From contig CP051526.1 in assembly GCA_050916045.1 (NCBI GenBank), positions 2,528,001-2,592,000 of the forward strand: a DNA stretch of 64,000 nt, in the 5' to 3' direction. The notes below the pieces were generated by a model. That model made no database searches, was not told where the DNA came from, and saw only the letters and a program-made list of their open reading frames with translations. Positions 27,738 through 37,576 of the stretch are shown piece after piece (positions within the stretch are counted from its first letter, which is position 1; every line of letters begins with the position of its first letter). Source of the stretch: Tepidisphaera sp. (GTDB lineage: Bacteria; Planctomycetota; Phycisphaerae; Phycisphaerales; UBA1924). The position numbers and the translations under genes were made by a program.

Positions 27738-30700
27738 TCAGCAACCCGTCTCAAACGCACCGACAAAGGCGTCGTAGTCAAAGAAGTCGATGAACCCGTC
27801 CGCGTTGAAGTCCGCATCCGGCGTCCCCGATTCAAACGCTCCGACAAACCCGTCGTAGTCAAAGAAATCCACGAATCCGTCCTGATTGAAGTCCGCCGCG
27901 CACGGCACCGCGAACGAGACACCTGTGATCGTGAACGAGTCCGTCAACTCACCCGCCTCGATCGTGATTTCGCTGATGCTCGCCGGAGAGGCGGCGCCAC
28001 CGTCCCAGACCAGGCTCGTGATATCGATGAGGCCCAAACCGGGAGCGTGAAGCTTCGTCCCCGTCGGGAACCCGTTGAACAACCCATGGCCGCCCGAGGA
28101 TGTAGGCATCCACCCCGCTCGCCCCGGCAACCTGTTGACTCGAACCGACGCAGCCTGTGCCGGTGTGAACGTCGCGACCACGGTCGGGCCGTTGTATGCC
28201 ACGCACGCGATTCCCGGCGGCACGGTGAACTCCTGAGCGATCCACGTTCCCTGCCCGTCCGGGGGAACTCCCGTGTCGCTCCGATACGTGACGCTCGGGC
28301 TCGTGCCCGGCGGGAGATCCCCACCCGAGGCTGTGAACGAAGCGAGCATGATGCCCCAATCCGATCCCAGAAGGTCCAGATCGCCGTTCTCGTCAAAGGG
28401 GATGAACTCCAGTTCGACGAACTCGGCATCGGCAAACCTCACGTTTTGAATGGTGTTCTTCACGGTGTCGTGCTTCGTGACGAGCACGCTCGAGGCCTCT
28501 GCATGAATCCTGCTCCCCTCGCCGCCTTGGAACTGGGCACCCATCGACCACACCAGCAGTTCATCGAACTCGACCAAGTCGACGCCAGACGCCGCAAACC
28601 GGACGCTCTGCACTCCGGTCACCGGGTTCACAGGCCCCTCCGGCGTGAAACGAACCTCGGTCACGGACGGGAAGAGAGTCCCCTGAAGCAGCGCCTGCTC
28701 GGGATCGTTCCAGGTCACGCTCGACCACACGAAGAAGAGGTTGGCCGGATCGTTGCAGTGCCAATCCGTGTGCCAGTTGTTCCCGATCATGAAGCAGGGC
28801 TGCCCGGTCGGCACACCCGACACCGACGCGACCATCGTCGAACCGTTGAACAGCTCGACTCGGTTGGTCGGCCTCCCCGCGTCGCAGGTGAACGCCACCT
28901 GATTGCTCGACGTCTTTGTCGCCACAATCCGCGAGATCATCGATTCGGGAACATCCGACACGACGCCCGATGCGACAATCTCGACCGTCGAACCCACCGG
29001 CGAGGAAGCAAAGGGCGATGTCGCCCAGTGCAGGTCCGCTCCGCTTCCGGAGCCTACATCAAACTCCACCCCGCCACCGCCGCCGCTTTGGCCAGTACCG
29101 GTCATTTCGAGCCGGTTCATCGCATTCACGTTCGCCGAAGCCGCGCCGAACTCGCTGAAGCCGAAACCCGCCCACACCGGCCGTCGCGGGCACGTCCACA
29201 GGTACAGACGAGCATAATCGACCGCCGTGTCGTCCTGGACGAAGAGGTCAGGCCAAGATCCGGCTGTATTCAGATCCGCGATCATGTTGTACGTGCCGGA
29301 CTGCAAGCCCCCCGCCGTGTAGATCGGCAACGCGCTCAGGTCCAGGAGGAACGTCGTCGCGGCATGCCCCGCGTTCCAACTCCCGCCCGATGCGGGAAGA
29401 TTCGCGAACGAGACACTCCAGAGCCCGCCGCCGGTCCGTGTGAAGTCCGAGATGCCAAACGTGTCATTGGATGCACCACCGGACAACGGCATAGCCCTGA
29501 ACTCAAGCACCGCCTTGGTGATCTTCGTGCGAGCCCCCCCGGGAATGCTGAATGAAGTGCCGAACACCTTGTTGCTGACGGTCTGGTCAAAGACCGCCGT
29601 CGCCAACAGCGGCCGTAAGCGGAGGAACTCGGGCGCCAGCGCCGGTGCCGGCTCAACGTAGACAGAACCGAACGAATCCCCGTACCCGCCGCCTATCTGG
29701 TACGAGGCGTAGAAGCTGTCAAAGTGATGCGTCTCTCTCAGGCAACCTGTGGCACCCACGCCACCGTTAAGCACAACTCGCTGCTCCTTGCGGTCCCAAC
29801 TCATCGAGTGTGCCCATCGCTGGGAGGGCATCACCGGCGGCGTGGCGTTATTGAACGTGAGTCCGTCATACGACCACATCGTGTTCGTGAGCACCCCGGC
29901 AGTTCCGCAGAACACTCGCTTACCACCTACGATGAGAATCCGCCCGCATGCGCTGTCGTACACCATCGCATGTTCATAGAGATCCGCGCCCGAAGGAGCG
30001 AGCACGCTTGTCACATGAGTCCACACGCCGTTGCTGTACTCCGCAATGTCTTCAGTCGAGTAACCGCAAGGGCCGGGCCCACAGAATGTCGAACCCACCC
30101 CACCGTACATAACGATCGTATTCCGTGACTCGTCCAGTGCCATGGCGTGCGAATGCCGAGAAAACGGCATCGACGCCTCCGCGGCAAGCGACGAACCGTT
30201 CCAGCTGAAGCAGGCGTTCGTTGACTGGCACCCGCCAGCCAGATTCTGCTGCCCGCCCGCGATGATCACCTTCTTGCTGATCGAGTCGTACGCCATCGCG
30301 TGCTGCCAGAGAGGCCCCGCCGCGCAGCCCGTACACCTCAGATTCCAAACCCAATCCGATCCATTGAATCGCAACTCCCAGAGATCGTCGTAGAGCGTCC
30401 CGAACTGGTCCGCCCCGCCGTACATCACGATCACACCTCTCACAGGGTCGTACGCCATCGCGTGACCGAACCTGGCTGCGGGCTGTGGAGTAACGGGCGT
30501 CGCCCGAACCCAGGTGTAGTTCTTTCGCAGCCATAGCTCGTTCAGTTCCGCACCGTTGCAGTCCGCGCCGCCCCACAGAACAGTCACCTGATTCGCGAGG
30601 TCGTACACCATCGCGCTGTCCGACGACGCTGTCGGCTGAATCGCGGCTGCCGACTCTTGCTTCCATGTGTCGCAGCACCCGCTCGGCAAGCTACCGCACG

Positions 30701-31826
30701 TCGGCCCGTTGAGCACATGGCTCTGAAACCCAAAGCCACTCCCGCCCAACGCGTCGAATAGCGCCGTCGTCACACCCGATGTCACGCTGCTGAAGCACAC
30801 CGACACTGTAAAGTTGAACAGGCACTGGGTCGCCGAGTTCATCCGCGTCCCAGAGGGCAGTTCCCACTGAACCGTCGTGCCACCCGGGGTGTACGTCACC
30901 GTGCTTCCCGCAGGCATGGTACCGATCGTCGCAGAACTAACGGTCGTGCCAGGCGGCAACGTCATCACGACGCCCGGAAAGCCGCCCCCACTCTTCTGGC
31001 CGAGATCGAACTCATAGCAACACCCACCAACACTCCGAGGCGTAACGCACAGCGACGGATTCTCCTCCATCATCACCGCATTCGACCAGTCCCGCGCCAC
31101 CGTCACCTCGTCGATCTCCGCCGTGATCGTCGAACCCACCGCCCCCATCTCCATCAGCACCTTCGGGATATTGTCGAAGTTGTTGTACCCGATCGCCCGA
31201 ATGTCCGCCGTCTCCGTCGATGGTGCTTCGGCCGTCAGCGGCGGATTCACCCACAGGTACACATCATCCGCCCCCGCGCGAAAGTCCACCCGCATCACAA
31301 GCAGCGACTGTTCGGTCGCGGGCACCGTCGACTGCCGCTTCGTCGTCCCTGGCCCACCGTCAATACCCCAGTTCGGCAGGCCGTACGGCTTGCCCATGTA
31401 CAGAAACGTCGTCGGCCCCGTCGGAAGCCGCAACCCGGCAAACGTGTTCGCCGACGCCCCAGCCGTCTGCTTCGCCAACATCGAAACCCACACGCTCGTC
31501 CCCGGTTCGCCCAGCGGCGCGACATTCATCGTCCGCTGCGAGATCGCGGAGTTCGAAACGACCTTGTTCCCCCGAGCGGCGACCTCGAGCCCGTTCGAGG
31601 AGTACCGCAAGCTCCCCGCACCCACCTGCCAGTTGCCGTCCCACGGAGACGCCCATCCCGACCCGCCGGGGACGTACTGCGGAAGCAACAGCCCGGGCGG
31701 CGAGTACTCAAAGCTCTCCGAGGCGATCGGCTGCCCCATCGCCGCGCCCGCCGCAGCCATCACGACTCCCGCTGTCACACCCGAACCCCAATTCCATCGC
31801 TTCGAACCATGATCGATACGCTTCAT
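27738..31826 (-). CDS. Large secreted multidomain protein with a kelch-like beta-propeller and C-terminal GC-type dockerin
   Basis: GAGGAG RBS and signal peptide. Repeats HAMAYD...YGG. Ends CAADFNQDGFVDFFDY...ADFNADGFIDFFDYDAFVGAFETGC. Confidence 0.88.
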   Translation of the reverse strand: MKRIDHGSKRWNWGSGVTAGVVMAAAGAAMGQPIASESFEYSPPGLLLPQYVPGGSGWASPWDGNWQVGAGSLRYSSNGLEVAARGNKVVSNSAISQRTMNVAPLGEPGTSVWVSMLAKQTAGASANTFAGLRLPTGPTTFLYMGKPYGLPNWGIDGGPGTTKRQSTVPATEQSLLVMRVDFRAGADDVYLWVNPPLTAEAPSTETADIRAIGYNNFDNIPKVLMEMGAVGSTITAEIDEVTVARDWSNAVMMEENPSLCVTPRSVGGCCYEFDLGQKSGGGFPGVVMTLPPGTTVSSATIGTMPAGSTVTYTPGGTTVQWELPSGTRMNSATQCLFNFTVSVCFSSVTSGVTTALFDALGGSGFGFQSHVLNGPTCGSLPSGCCDTWKQESAAAIQPTASSDSAMVYDLANQVTVLWGGADCNGAELNELWLRKNYTWVRATPVTPQPAARFGHAMAYDPVRGVIVMYGGADQFGTLYDDLWELRFNGSDWVWNLRCTGCAAGPLWQHAMAYDSISKKVIIAGGQQNLAGGCQSTNACFSWNGSSLAAEASMPFSRHSHAMALDESRNTIVMYGGVGSTFCGPGPCGYSTEDIAEYSNGVWTHVTSVLAPSGADLYEHAMVYDSACGRILIVGGKRVFCGTAGVLTNTMWSYDGLTFNNATPPVMPSQRWAHSMSWDRKEQRVVLNGGVGATGCLRETHHFDSFYASYQIGGGYGDSFGSVYVEPAPALAPEFLRLRPLLATAVFDQTVSNKVFGTSFSIPGGARTKITKAVLEFRAMPLSGGASNDTFGISDFTRTGGGLWSVSFANLPASGGSWNAGHAATTFLLDLSALPIYTAGGLQSGTYNMIADLNTAGSWPDLFVQDDTAVDYARLYLWTCPRRPVWAGFGFSEFGAASANVNAMNRLEMTGTGQSGGGGGVEFDVGSGSGADLHWATSPFASSPVGSTVEIVASGVVSDVPESMISRIVATKTSSNQVAFTCDAGRPTNRVELFNGSTMVASVSGVPTGQPCFMIGNNWHTDWHCNDPANLFFVWSSVTWNDPEQALLQGTLFPSVTEVRFTPEGPVNPVTGVQSVRFAASGVDLVEFDELLVWSMGAQFQGGEGSRIHAEASSVLVTKHDTVKNTIQNVRFADAEFVELEFIPFDENGDLDLLGSDWGIMLASFTASGGDLPPGTSPSVTYRSDTGVPPDGQGTWIAQEFTVPPGIACVAYNGPTVVATFTPAQAASVRVNRLPGRAGWMPTSSGGHGLFNGFPTGTKLHAPGLGLIDITSLVWDGGAASPASISEITIEAGELTDSFTITGVSFAVPCAADFNQDGFVDFFDYDGFVGAFESGTPDADFNADGFIDFFDYDAFVGAFETGC

Positions 31827-32096
31827 AGAGCACTCCTCGCGACGATTGGGACTTCCCCTCCATGGAGAGATCCACTGCCGCTGCGATGGCTGTGCCGCCG
31901 CCCACCAAACCTTGCAAAAAACCGCCTTCCGCCTCCAAGAAACGTTCCAGCACCCCCACCGCCTCGCCCTTCCCAACCTCCGCATCACCGCACCACCTCC
32001 GCCAACTTTCGTCCTATCATCCCCGTCGATTTCTCCAGCCGATCACGCACCGAACGCTTCCCCCTCACCCGGGACGTTCCACCGCCAAGGACCCGC

Positions 32097-33191
32097 ATGG
32101 CCAGCGCATCCTCCGTTCTTTCGCCCCACGCCGACGCCATCCTCCCGCGCCTGAAGCTCCCGCTTCCGGACTTCACCGTTCCTCTTCCCCCCTTCGACCC
32201 CGCGCCGGGCACCGAACGCATCATCCAGTACCGCGAAGCCCTCCGCGAAGCCATGTCCGAAGAAATGCGCCGCGACAAGCGCATCTTCCTCCTCGGCGAG
32301 GAAGTCGCTCAGTACAACGGCGCGTACAAAATCTCCCAGGGCATGCTCGACGAGTTCGGCCCCAAGCGCATCATCGACGCTCCCATCTCCGAGAACGGCT
32401 TCGCCGGCCTCGCCGTCGGCGCCGCGATGTACGGCCTCAAGCCCGTGATCGAGTTCATGTCCTGGTCCTTCTCGCTCGTCGCGGCGGACCAGATCTTGAA
32501 CAACGTCCCCAAGATGCTCTACATGTCCGGCGGCCAGTGGGGCTGCCCCGTGGTCTTCCGCGGCAACGACGGCGCGGGCGGCCAGCTCGGCTCCACGCAC
32601 TCCTGGTGCGTCGAAGGGCTCTACTCCAACGTCCCCGGCGTCAAGATCGCCATCCCCAGCAACCCCTACGACGCCAAGGGCCTCCTCAAGACCGCCCTCC
32701 GCGACTACGACCCCGTCTTCTTCCTCGAGTCCGAGCGCATGCTCGGCGACAAAGCCCACGTCCCCGCCGAGGAGTACTACATCCCCTTCGGCCAGGCCCA
32801 CCTCCGCCGCGAGGGCGACGCCTGCACCCTCGTCTCCTTCGGCCGCCCCGTCAACTTCTGCCTCGAAGCCGCCGCTGAACTCGCCGCCGAGGGCATCCAC
32901 TGCGACGTCCTCGACATGCGGACCATCCGCCCCCTCGACATCGACGCCATCATCAAGAGCGTCCAGAAGACCGGCCGCATCGTCGTCGTCGATCAGTGCT
33001 GGCCCTTCGCGTCCGTCGCCAGCGAGATCGTGACCCAGGTCATCGAGCGTGCTTTCGACTACCTCGACCACCAGCCCCTCCGCGTGAACACCGAGGACGT
33101 CCCGACCCCCTACGCCAAGGGCCTCGAGATGGAGTACCTGCCGAACAAGGGCAAGATCATCAAGGCGGTGAAGAAGTCGCTCGGAATGTGA
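32097..33191 (+). CDS. pdhB: Pyruvate dehydrogenase E1 beta subunit
   Basis: GEEVAQYNGAYK, DAPISE, DAKGLLK and DMRTIRPLD motifs. Confidence 0.93.
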   Translation: MASASSVLSPHADAILPRLKLPLPDFTVPLPPFDPAPGTERIIQYREALREAMSEEMRRDKRIFLLGEEVAQYNGAYKISQGMLDEFGPKRIIDAPISENGFAGLAVGAAMYGLKPVIEFMSWSFSLVAADQILNNVPKMLYMSGGQWGCPVVFRGNDGAGGQLGSTHSWCVEGLYSNVPGVKIAIPSNPYDAKGLLKTALRDYDPVFFLESERMLGDKAHVPAEEYYIPFGQAHLRREGDACTLVSFGRPVNFCLEAAAELAAEGIHCDVLDMRTIRPLDIDAIIKSVQKTGRIVVVDQCWPFASVASEIVTQVIERAFDYLDHQPLRVNTEDVPTPYAKGLEMEYLPNKGKIIKAVKKSLGM

Positions 33192-33213
33192 TGGCCCCGT
33201 CGCGTCGCGCATC

Positions 33214-33768
33214 ATGATCGATCGCTCCGCTCGAAACCGCTACGCGACGATCCTCCGCCACCTGGCGACGGGACAACTGTCAACCGATACATTCTCGTTC
33301 CAAGCGGAATCCATCTGCCGGAACTCGAAAGACCCGGTGCTTTCGGAGATTCACGAGCACGCCGACGGACTCTACAGCGACCTGTGGGCCTATCGCTTGC
33401 GAGGGCGACACGCACTTGATGCTTCGTCACGTCGAGCGGTGGCTCGCATGATCCTTCTGCTTCGGTCGGACGAGACGGAGATAGACCGCGAGCCTGTATT
33501 CATGCCTCCGGGCCCGCTCGGCTGGCTTGATCTCGTGCGAGTCTTCTCCGCAATCATCGCGACGATCCATTGGGGCGTGCTGACCGGCGCCATAGGCCTC
33601 ATCGTCGGAGCGGGAACCGTCGCGAAGCTCCTGCATTCTCTTCACCTCAGGGAACGGACCTGGACGGAGACCTGCCGGAAGATCGCCGCCGGCGACACCG
33701 TTTGGCCGTTCGCCAGCGTAGAGCAACTCGCTGCCGCCAAGCAAGCCCGGATCTTTCTGCACGGCTGA
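33214..33768 (+). CDS. Hypothetical membrane protein
   Basis: 184 aa with a hydrophobic segment and a C-terminal VWPF; codon usage is atypical. Confidence 0.65.
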   Translation: MIDRSARNRYATILRHLATGQLSTDTFSFQAESICRNSKDPVLSEIHEHADGLYSDLWAYRLRGRHALDASSRRAVARMILLLRSDETEIDREPVFMPPGPLGWLDLVRVFSAIIATIHWGVLTGAIGLIVGAGTVAKLLHSLHLRERTWTETCRKIAAGDTVWPFASVEQLAAAKQARIFLHG

Positions 33769-33777
33769 GCACCCTCC

Positions 33778-34524
33778 ATGATCACGCCACTCGCGAAGAG
33801 CCCGATCATCACCTTCGCGTTCCTGCTCCTCACGCGCGTAGCCCCGCTCGTCGTCGCAGGAAGCCTCATCCTCGCGTCGCTCGCATCCTGGATCGCCTAC
33901 CGCGAACTCGCCTCGGCCGAAAGCGGGGCGAGATGGTCCGGCACCGTCCTGACTTGGCTGGCCGTCGAAGCGACGAGCGTTCCAATGTGGCTCCTGCTCG
34001 CCCTCGTGCTCGCCGGCACCATCAGCGTCCGTCGCACCGGCTTCGCCAGACACCTTCTCGACTTCGCCTTACGGATCGTCGCTCGACGCATCCCCTCGGC
34101 TGAAACGTTACGGGTCACGAGCACCCTGCCTCCTGAAATCATGGCGGAGTTGCGTCAGGCGCTCGAACTGAGGGTCGAAAGCGGAGTCGCGCTCGCTCCG
34201 CCTCGACTCGGACCCGCCGCCAGGTGGGTCCTGCGACGGCTCGCCCGCGCATTTGAATCCGCTCTGCTCAACGTCCTCAAAGCCAAGATCGGCCCGGACG
34301 GTACCGTGGAACTGATGAACTTGCCCGACTTGATCGGGGAGGAAATCGACCGATTTCTGCTCCGAAAGGTGTGGCTGACTACCATTCTCGTCGCACTGGC
34401 GACACTCGCGATCAATGCCGGTTTGATCACCGGAATCGTCTCGCTTTTCGGACAGTTCCAACCGACCGTCCCGCCGTTAGTCCCGCCCTTCGACCCGGAC
34501 CTTGAGCCCATCCGGGTTGAGTAG
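33778..34524 (+). CDS. Hypothetical membrane protein
   Basis: 248 aa with about 3 hydrophobic helices. Confidence 0.6.
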   Translation: MITPLAKSPIITFAFLLLTRVAPLVVAGSLILASLASWIAYRELASAESGARWSGTVLTWLAVEATSVPMWLLLALVLAGTISVRRTGFARHLLDFALRIVARRIPSAETLRVTSTLPPEIMAELRQALELRVESGVALAPPRLGPAARWVLRRLARAFESALLNVLKAKIGPDGTVELMNLPDLIGEEIDRFLLRKVWLTTILVALATLAINAGLITGIVSLFGQFQPTVPPLVPPFDPDLEPIRVE

Positions 34525-34582
34525 AATCGACCTTGTTCTGTCCTCGTCCTCAAGCCCGGCCCGGGCTTTCTTCGGAGTTCCC

Positions 34583-35920
34583 ATGCCCATCGAAGTCACC
34601 ATGCCCCGCCTCTCCGACACCATGCAAGCCGGCACCATCGTCCGTTGGGCCGTCAAGGAAGGCGCCAAGGTCAAGTCCGGCGAGGTCGTCGCTGACATCG
34701 AGACCGACAAAGCCACGATGGAACTCCCCATCTACGACGCCGGAACCCTCGCCTACCTCGCCGCTCCCGAAGGCAAACAGGTCCCCGTCGGCACCCTCAT
34801 CGCCGTCGTCGCCACCGCCGGCGAAGACCCCGCGGCCATCAAAGCCAAGTACGTCTCCGGTGGCGCCGCTCTCCAGAGCGGTGCGGCCCCCAAAGCCGCC
34901 GCCATCTCCAGTTCCGCCGCCGCTCAAACGCCCGCCAGCCGCGGCACCACCGCCGTTCTCGACGCGCCGGCCGCCGGCTCGCACGGAGCCAACGGGACCA
35001 ACGGCCATGGCGGACGCATCTTCGCGTCCCCCCTCGCCAAGAAAATCGCCGCCGAGTCCGGCATGGATCTGACCCGCCTCGCGGGCACCGGCCCCTCCGG
35101 CCGCATCATCCGCAAGGACGTCGAAGCCGCGCTCGCTTCCGGCGTTCAGACCCGCCCGGTGGCCGCCGTTCGCACGCCCATCTCCGCCCCCCCCGCCGCT
35201 TCCACCCTCACCGGCCAGATCGTCCCCCTCAACCAGATGCGCCGCACGATCGCCCGCCGCCTGGTCGAGTCCAAGACCACCATCCCGCACTACCAGGTCA
35301 CCATGGAGGTCGCCATGGACGCCCTCATGGACCTCCGCAAGCAGCTCAACGACCAACTCGCCGACCAGGGCGTCAAGCTCTCCGTCAACGACTTCCTCGT
35401 CCGCGCCTGCGCCCTGGCGATGCACAAGCACCCCTTCGTGAACTCCCGCTGGACCGGCGCCGCCGGCAGCGAGAACATCGAGCAGCTCGCCGACGTGAAC
35501 ATCGGCGTCGCCATCGCTCTCGATGAGACCAAGGGCGGCGGCCTCGTCGTCGCGAGCCTCCGGAACGCCGACCAGATCGGCCTCCGGCAGATCTCCAGCC
35601 AGACCAAAGCCCTCTCCGACAAAGCCCGCTCCAAGGGCCTCACGCTCGACGAGATGGCCGACTCCACCTTCACCATCTCCAACCTGGGCATGTTCGGCGT
35701 TGACCACTTCACCGCCATCATCAACCCGCCCAACGCCGCCATCCTCGCCGTCGGCGCCGCCATCCAGAAGCCCGTCGTCAAGAACAACCAGGTCGTCCCC
35801 GGCTGGGTCATGTCCATGACCATGTCCAGCGACCACCGCATCGTCGACGGCGCGATGGCCGCCGCCTACCTCAACACCGTGAAGAGCTACCTCGAACGCC
35901 CCGCGACGCTGCTGGTCTGA
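34583..35920 (+). CDS. pdhC: Pyruvate dehydrogenase E2 dihydrolipoamide acetyltransferase
   Basis: MPRLSDTM, IETDKATME, ASPLAKK, TISNLGMFG, AIINPP and DHRIVDGA motifs. Confidence 0.94.
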   Translation: MPIEVTMPRLSDTMQAGTIVRWAVKEGAKVKSGEVVADIETDKATMELPIYDAGTLAYLAAPEGKQVPVGTLIAVVATAGEDPAAIKAKYVSGGAALQSGAAPKAAAISSSAAAQTPASRGTTAVLDAPAAGSHGANGTNGHGGRIFASPLAKKIAAESGMDLTRLAGTGPSGRIIRKDVEAALASGVQTRPVAAVRTPISAPPAASTLTGQIVPLNQMRRTIARRLVESKTTIPHYQVTMEVAMDALMDLRKQLNDQLADQGVKLSVNDFLVRACALAMHKHPFVNSRWTGAAGSENIEQLADVNIGVAIALDETKGGGLVVASLRNADQIGLRQISSQTKALSDKARSKGLTLDEMADSTFTISNLGMFGVDHFTAIINPPNAAILAVGAAIQKPVVKNNQVVPGWVMSMTMSSDHRIVDGAMAAAYLNTVKSYLERPATLLV

Positions 35921-35942
35921 TTTCACGGCTGACGAGTCTCGC

Positions 35943-36599
35943 TCACTTCGGAGCCATGAATCGCGCGAACGGCCACACCAATGGGGATAGCACCCAAGTC
36001 GCCGCGTCGCTCAGCGCGTCCGAGACCTGTTCACCCGGGCCTGGCTTGAGCCTTTCGCTCAGGGCATCCGCTCCCGCTGCCTTCGCCATGTCGCGAACTT
36101 CGCCCAAGACCTTCGCGTTCGCCCGCAGGTTCCGCTCGCCGATCTCCGTCATCGCCATCCGTTCGATCTCAACGAGCCGCGTTCGGAGGTCCGCGAAGTA
36201 ACCATTAAAGATCCACCAGATCTGAATCGGCTGTGCCGCCATCTCGCGATGCACCATCTCGCCCGCAAGCCGATCTCGACGCTCGCGCATCCTCGACAGT
36301 AACTCAATGCTCGCCGAAGGCGGCCACTCCTTGAAAAGTCGCTGCGTCACGTGTTCGAGATTGACCGAGATGAACCCACGACCCCAAGGCTCGTGCTCCG
36401 CGATGCTCCACAGCTCCATCATGGTCTGCGCCGCAGTCTCGTCCTCACCGCTCCTCGCAAGCTCATTCGCCGTTTCCACCGCCCGCCATCCGGCGTCCCA
36501 TCGTGCCTGCTCATCTCGAGAAAACTCCCCCGCGCCGCACCCGGCCAACATCCACGTCATCGCAGCCGCCAGAAATGCCGTCATGACGAGTCTGTTCAT
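35943..36599 (-). CDS. Hypothetical lipoprotein (paralogue 3 of 3)
   Basis: GGAGGT RBS and MNRLV...MLAGC lipobox. Confidence 0.7.
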   Translation of the reverse strand: MNRLVMTAFLAAAMTWMLAGCGAGEFSRDEQARWDAGWRAVETANELARSGEDETAAQTMMELWSIAEHEPWGRGFISVNLEHVTQRLFKEWPPSASIELLSRMRERRDRLAGEMVHREMAAQPIQIWWIFNGYFADLRTRLVEIERMAMTEIGERNLRANAKVLGEVRDMAKAAGADALSERLKPGPGEQVSDALSDAATWVLSPLVWPFARFMAPK

Positions 36600-36635
36600 G
36601 CCGAGACCTCCAAACCTCGCGGCAAGCCGCGCACC

Positions 36636-36710
36636 GCCGACTTCAATCGCGACTGCTTCATCGATTTCTTCGGCGACGCCTTCGTCGGCGAATTCGAGAC
36701 CGTCTGCTGA
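36636..36710 (+). pseudogene. Orphan degenerate GC-type dockerin 3' remnant
   Basis: Translates ADFNRDCFIDFFGDAFVGEFETVC*, compared with ADFNADGFIDFFDYDAFVGAFETGC* in the 27738 gene. Confidence 0.75.
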
Positions 36711-36741
36711 ACTCGCCCGAGGTCGCGAATCACCCGGATTT

Positions 36742-36780
36742 TCGAGCGGGGAGCCCCCGTGGTGCGGGCTCCCCGCTCGA
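36742..36780. terminator. Perfect 15-bp-stem hairpin
   Basis: TCGAGCGGGGAGCCC-N9-GGGCTCCCCGCTCGA. Confidence 0.7.
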
Positions 36781-36796
36781 TTCTGCACACTCTTGT

Positions 36797-37498
36797 TCAC
36801 CAGTCCTCGCGCCGAACGGGGTCGACCCAGTCCGGATTGCCGTACTCAAAGTCGATCGGGCCGCTCGTCGCAATGATCGCCATCGGCACCGTCACCGGCG
36901 CGGTCGCCACCACAAGCCCCGCCGTCGCGATCCCGTCGCCCACGCTCTCCGCCGCCCGACGCGCGGCCGAAGGCTCCACCTTCGCCGCCAGGTCCTGCCG
37001 CCCCGAAGCGATCAGGATGCCGATCACCGGCCGCACCGTGGACATCCCCAAGCCCGCCCGCTCGCGTGCTTCAACCGTCCTCGCGACAATCCCGGGCTCA
37101 CCCATGATCGCCGCCAGCCGAGCCAGCCCCGCCGACGCCCGCGTCGTCGCGTCCAGCCCCGAAGCCTGCACCGCAAGCTCCTCCAGCAGCCTCATCGCGT
37201 GCGGACGACCTTCCGGGCTGCGAAACGCTTCACGAAGCTCCTCATGCTGAGCCATCACGTACGTCCCGTGCCCCTCGCTCGCCGGACCCTCCGGCCCGCA
37301 CGCTTCCCGCCACACCACCGCGAACCCCCGTGCGGCGTGCTCAAGCCGCCCCTCGCGGGAAGCGACGATCGCCCCGCGCGAAACCTCGAGCGCCTGCTCG
37401 GCTCGCGCCCTCTGCGCCTCGCTCGCTCCACACCCGCCGAGCAACATCCCCGCAACACCGATGACAAGCACCTTCCTCAGCATTCTTTCCGTGTTCAT
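36797..37498 (-). CDS. Hypothetical lipoprotein (paralogue 2 of 3)
   Basis: LLGGC lipobox; helical composition. Confidence 0.7.
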   Translation of the reverse strand: MNTERMLRKVLVIGVAGMLLGGCGASEAQRARAEQALEVSRGAIVASREGRLEHAARGFAVVWREACGPEGPASEGHGTYVMAQHEELREAFRSPEGRPHAMRLLEELAVQASGLDATTRASAGLARLAAIMGEPGIVARTVEARERAGLGMSTVRPVIGILIASGRQDLAAKVEPSAARRAAESVGDGIATAGLVVATAPVTVPMAIIATSGPIDFEYGNPDWVDPVRREDW

Positions 37499-37576
37499 AA
37501 CTCACCCTTCGCTTTCCAAAGCCCGCTCCGCCGGGCACTCACCCCACCCCAACCCGGACCCCATCCCCTGAATCCC

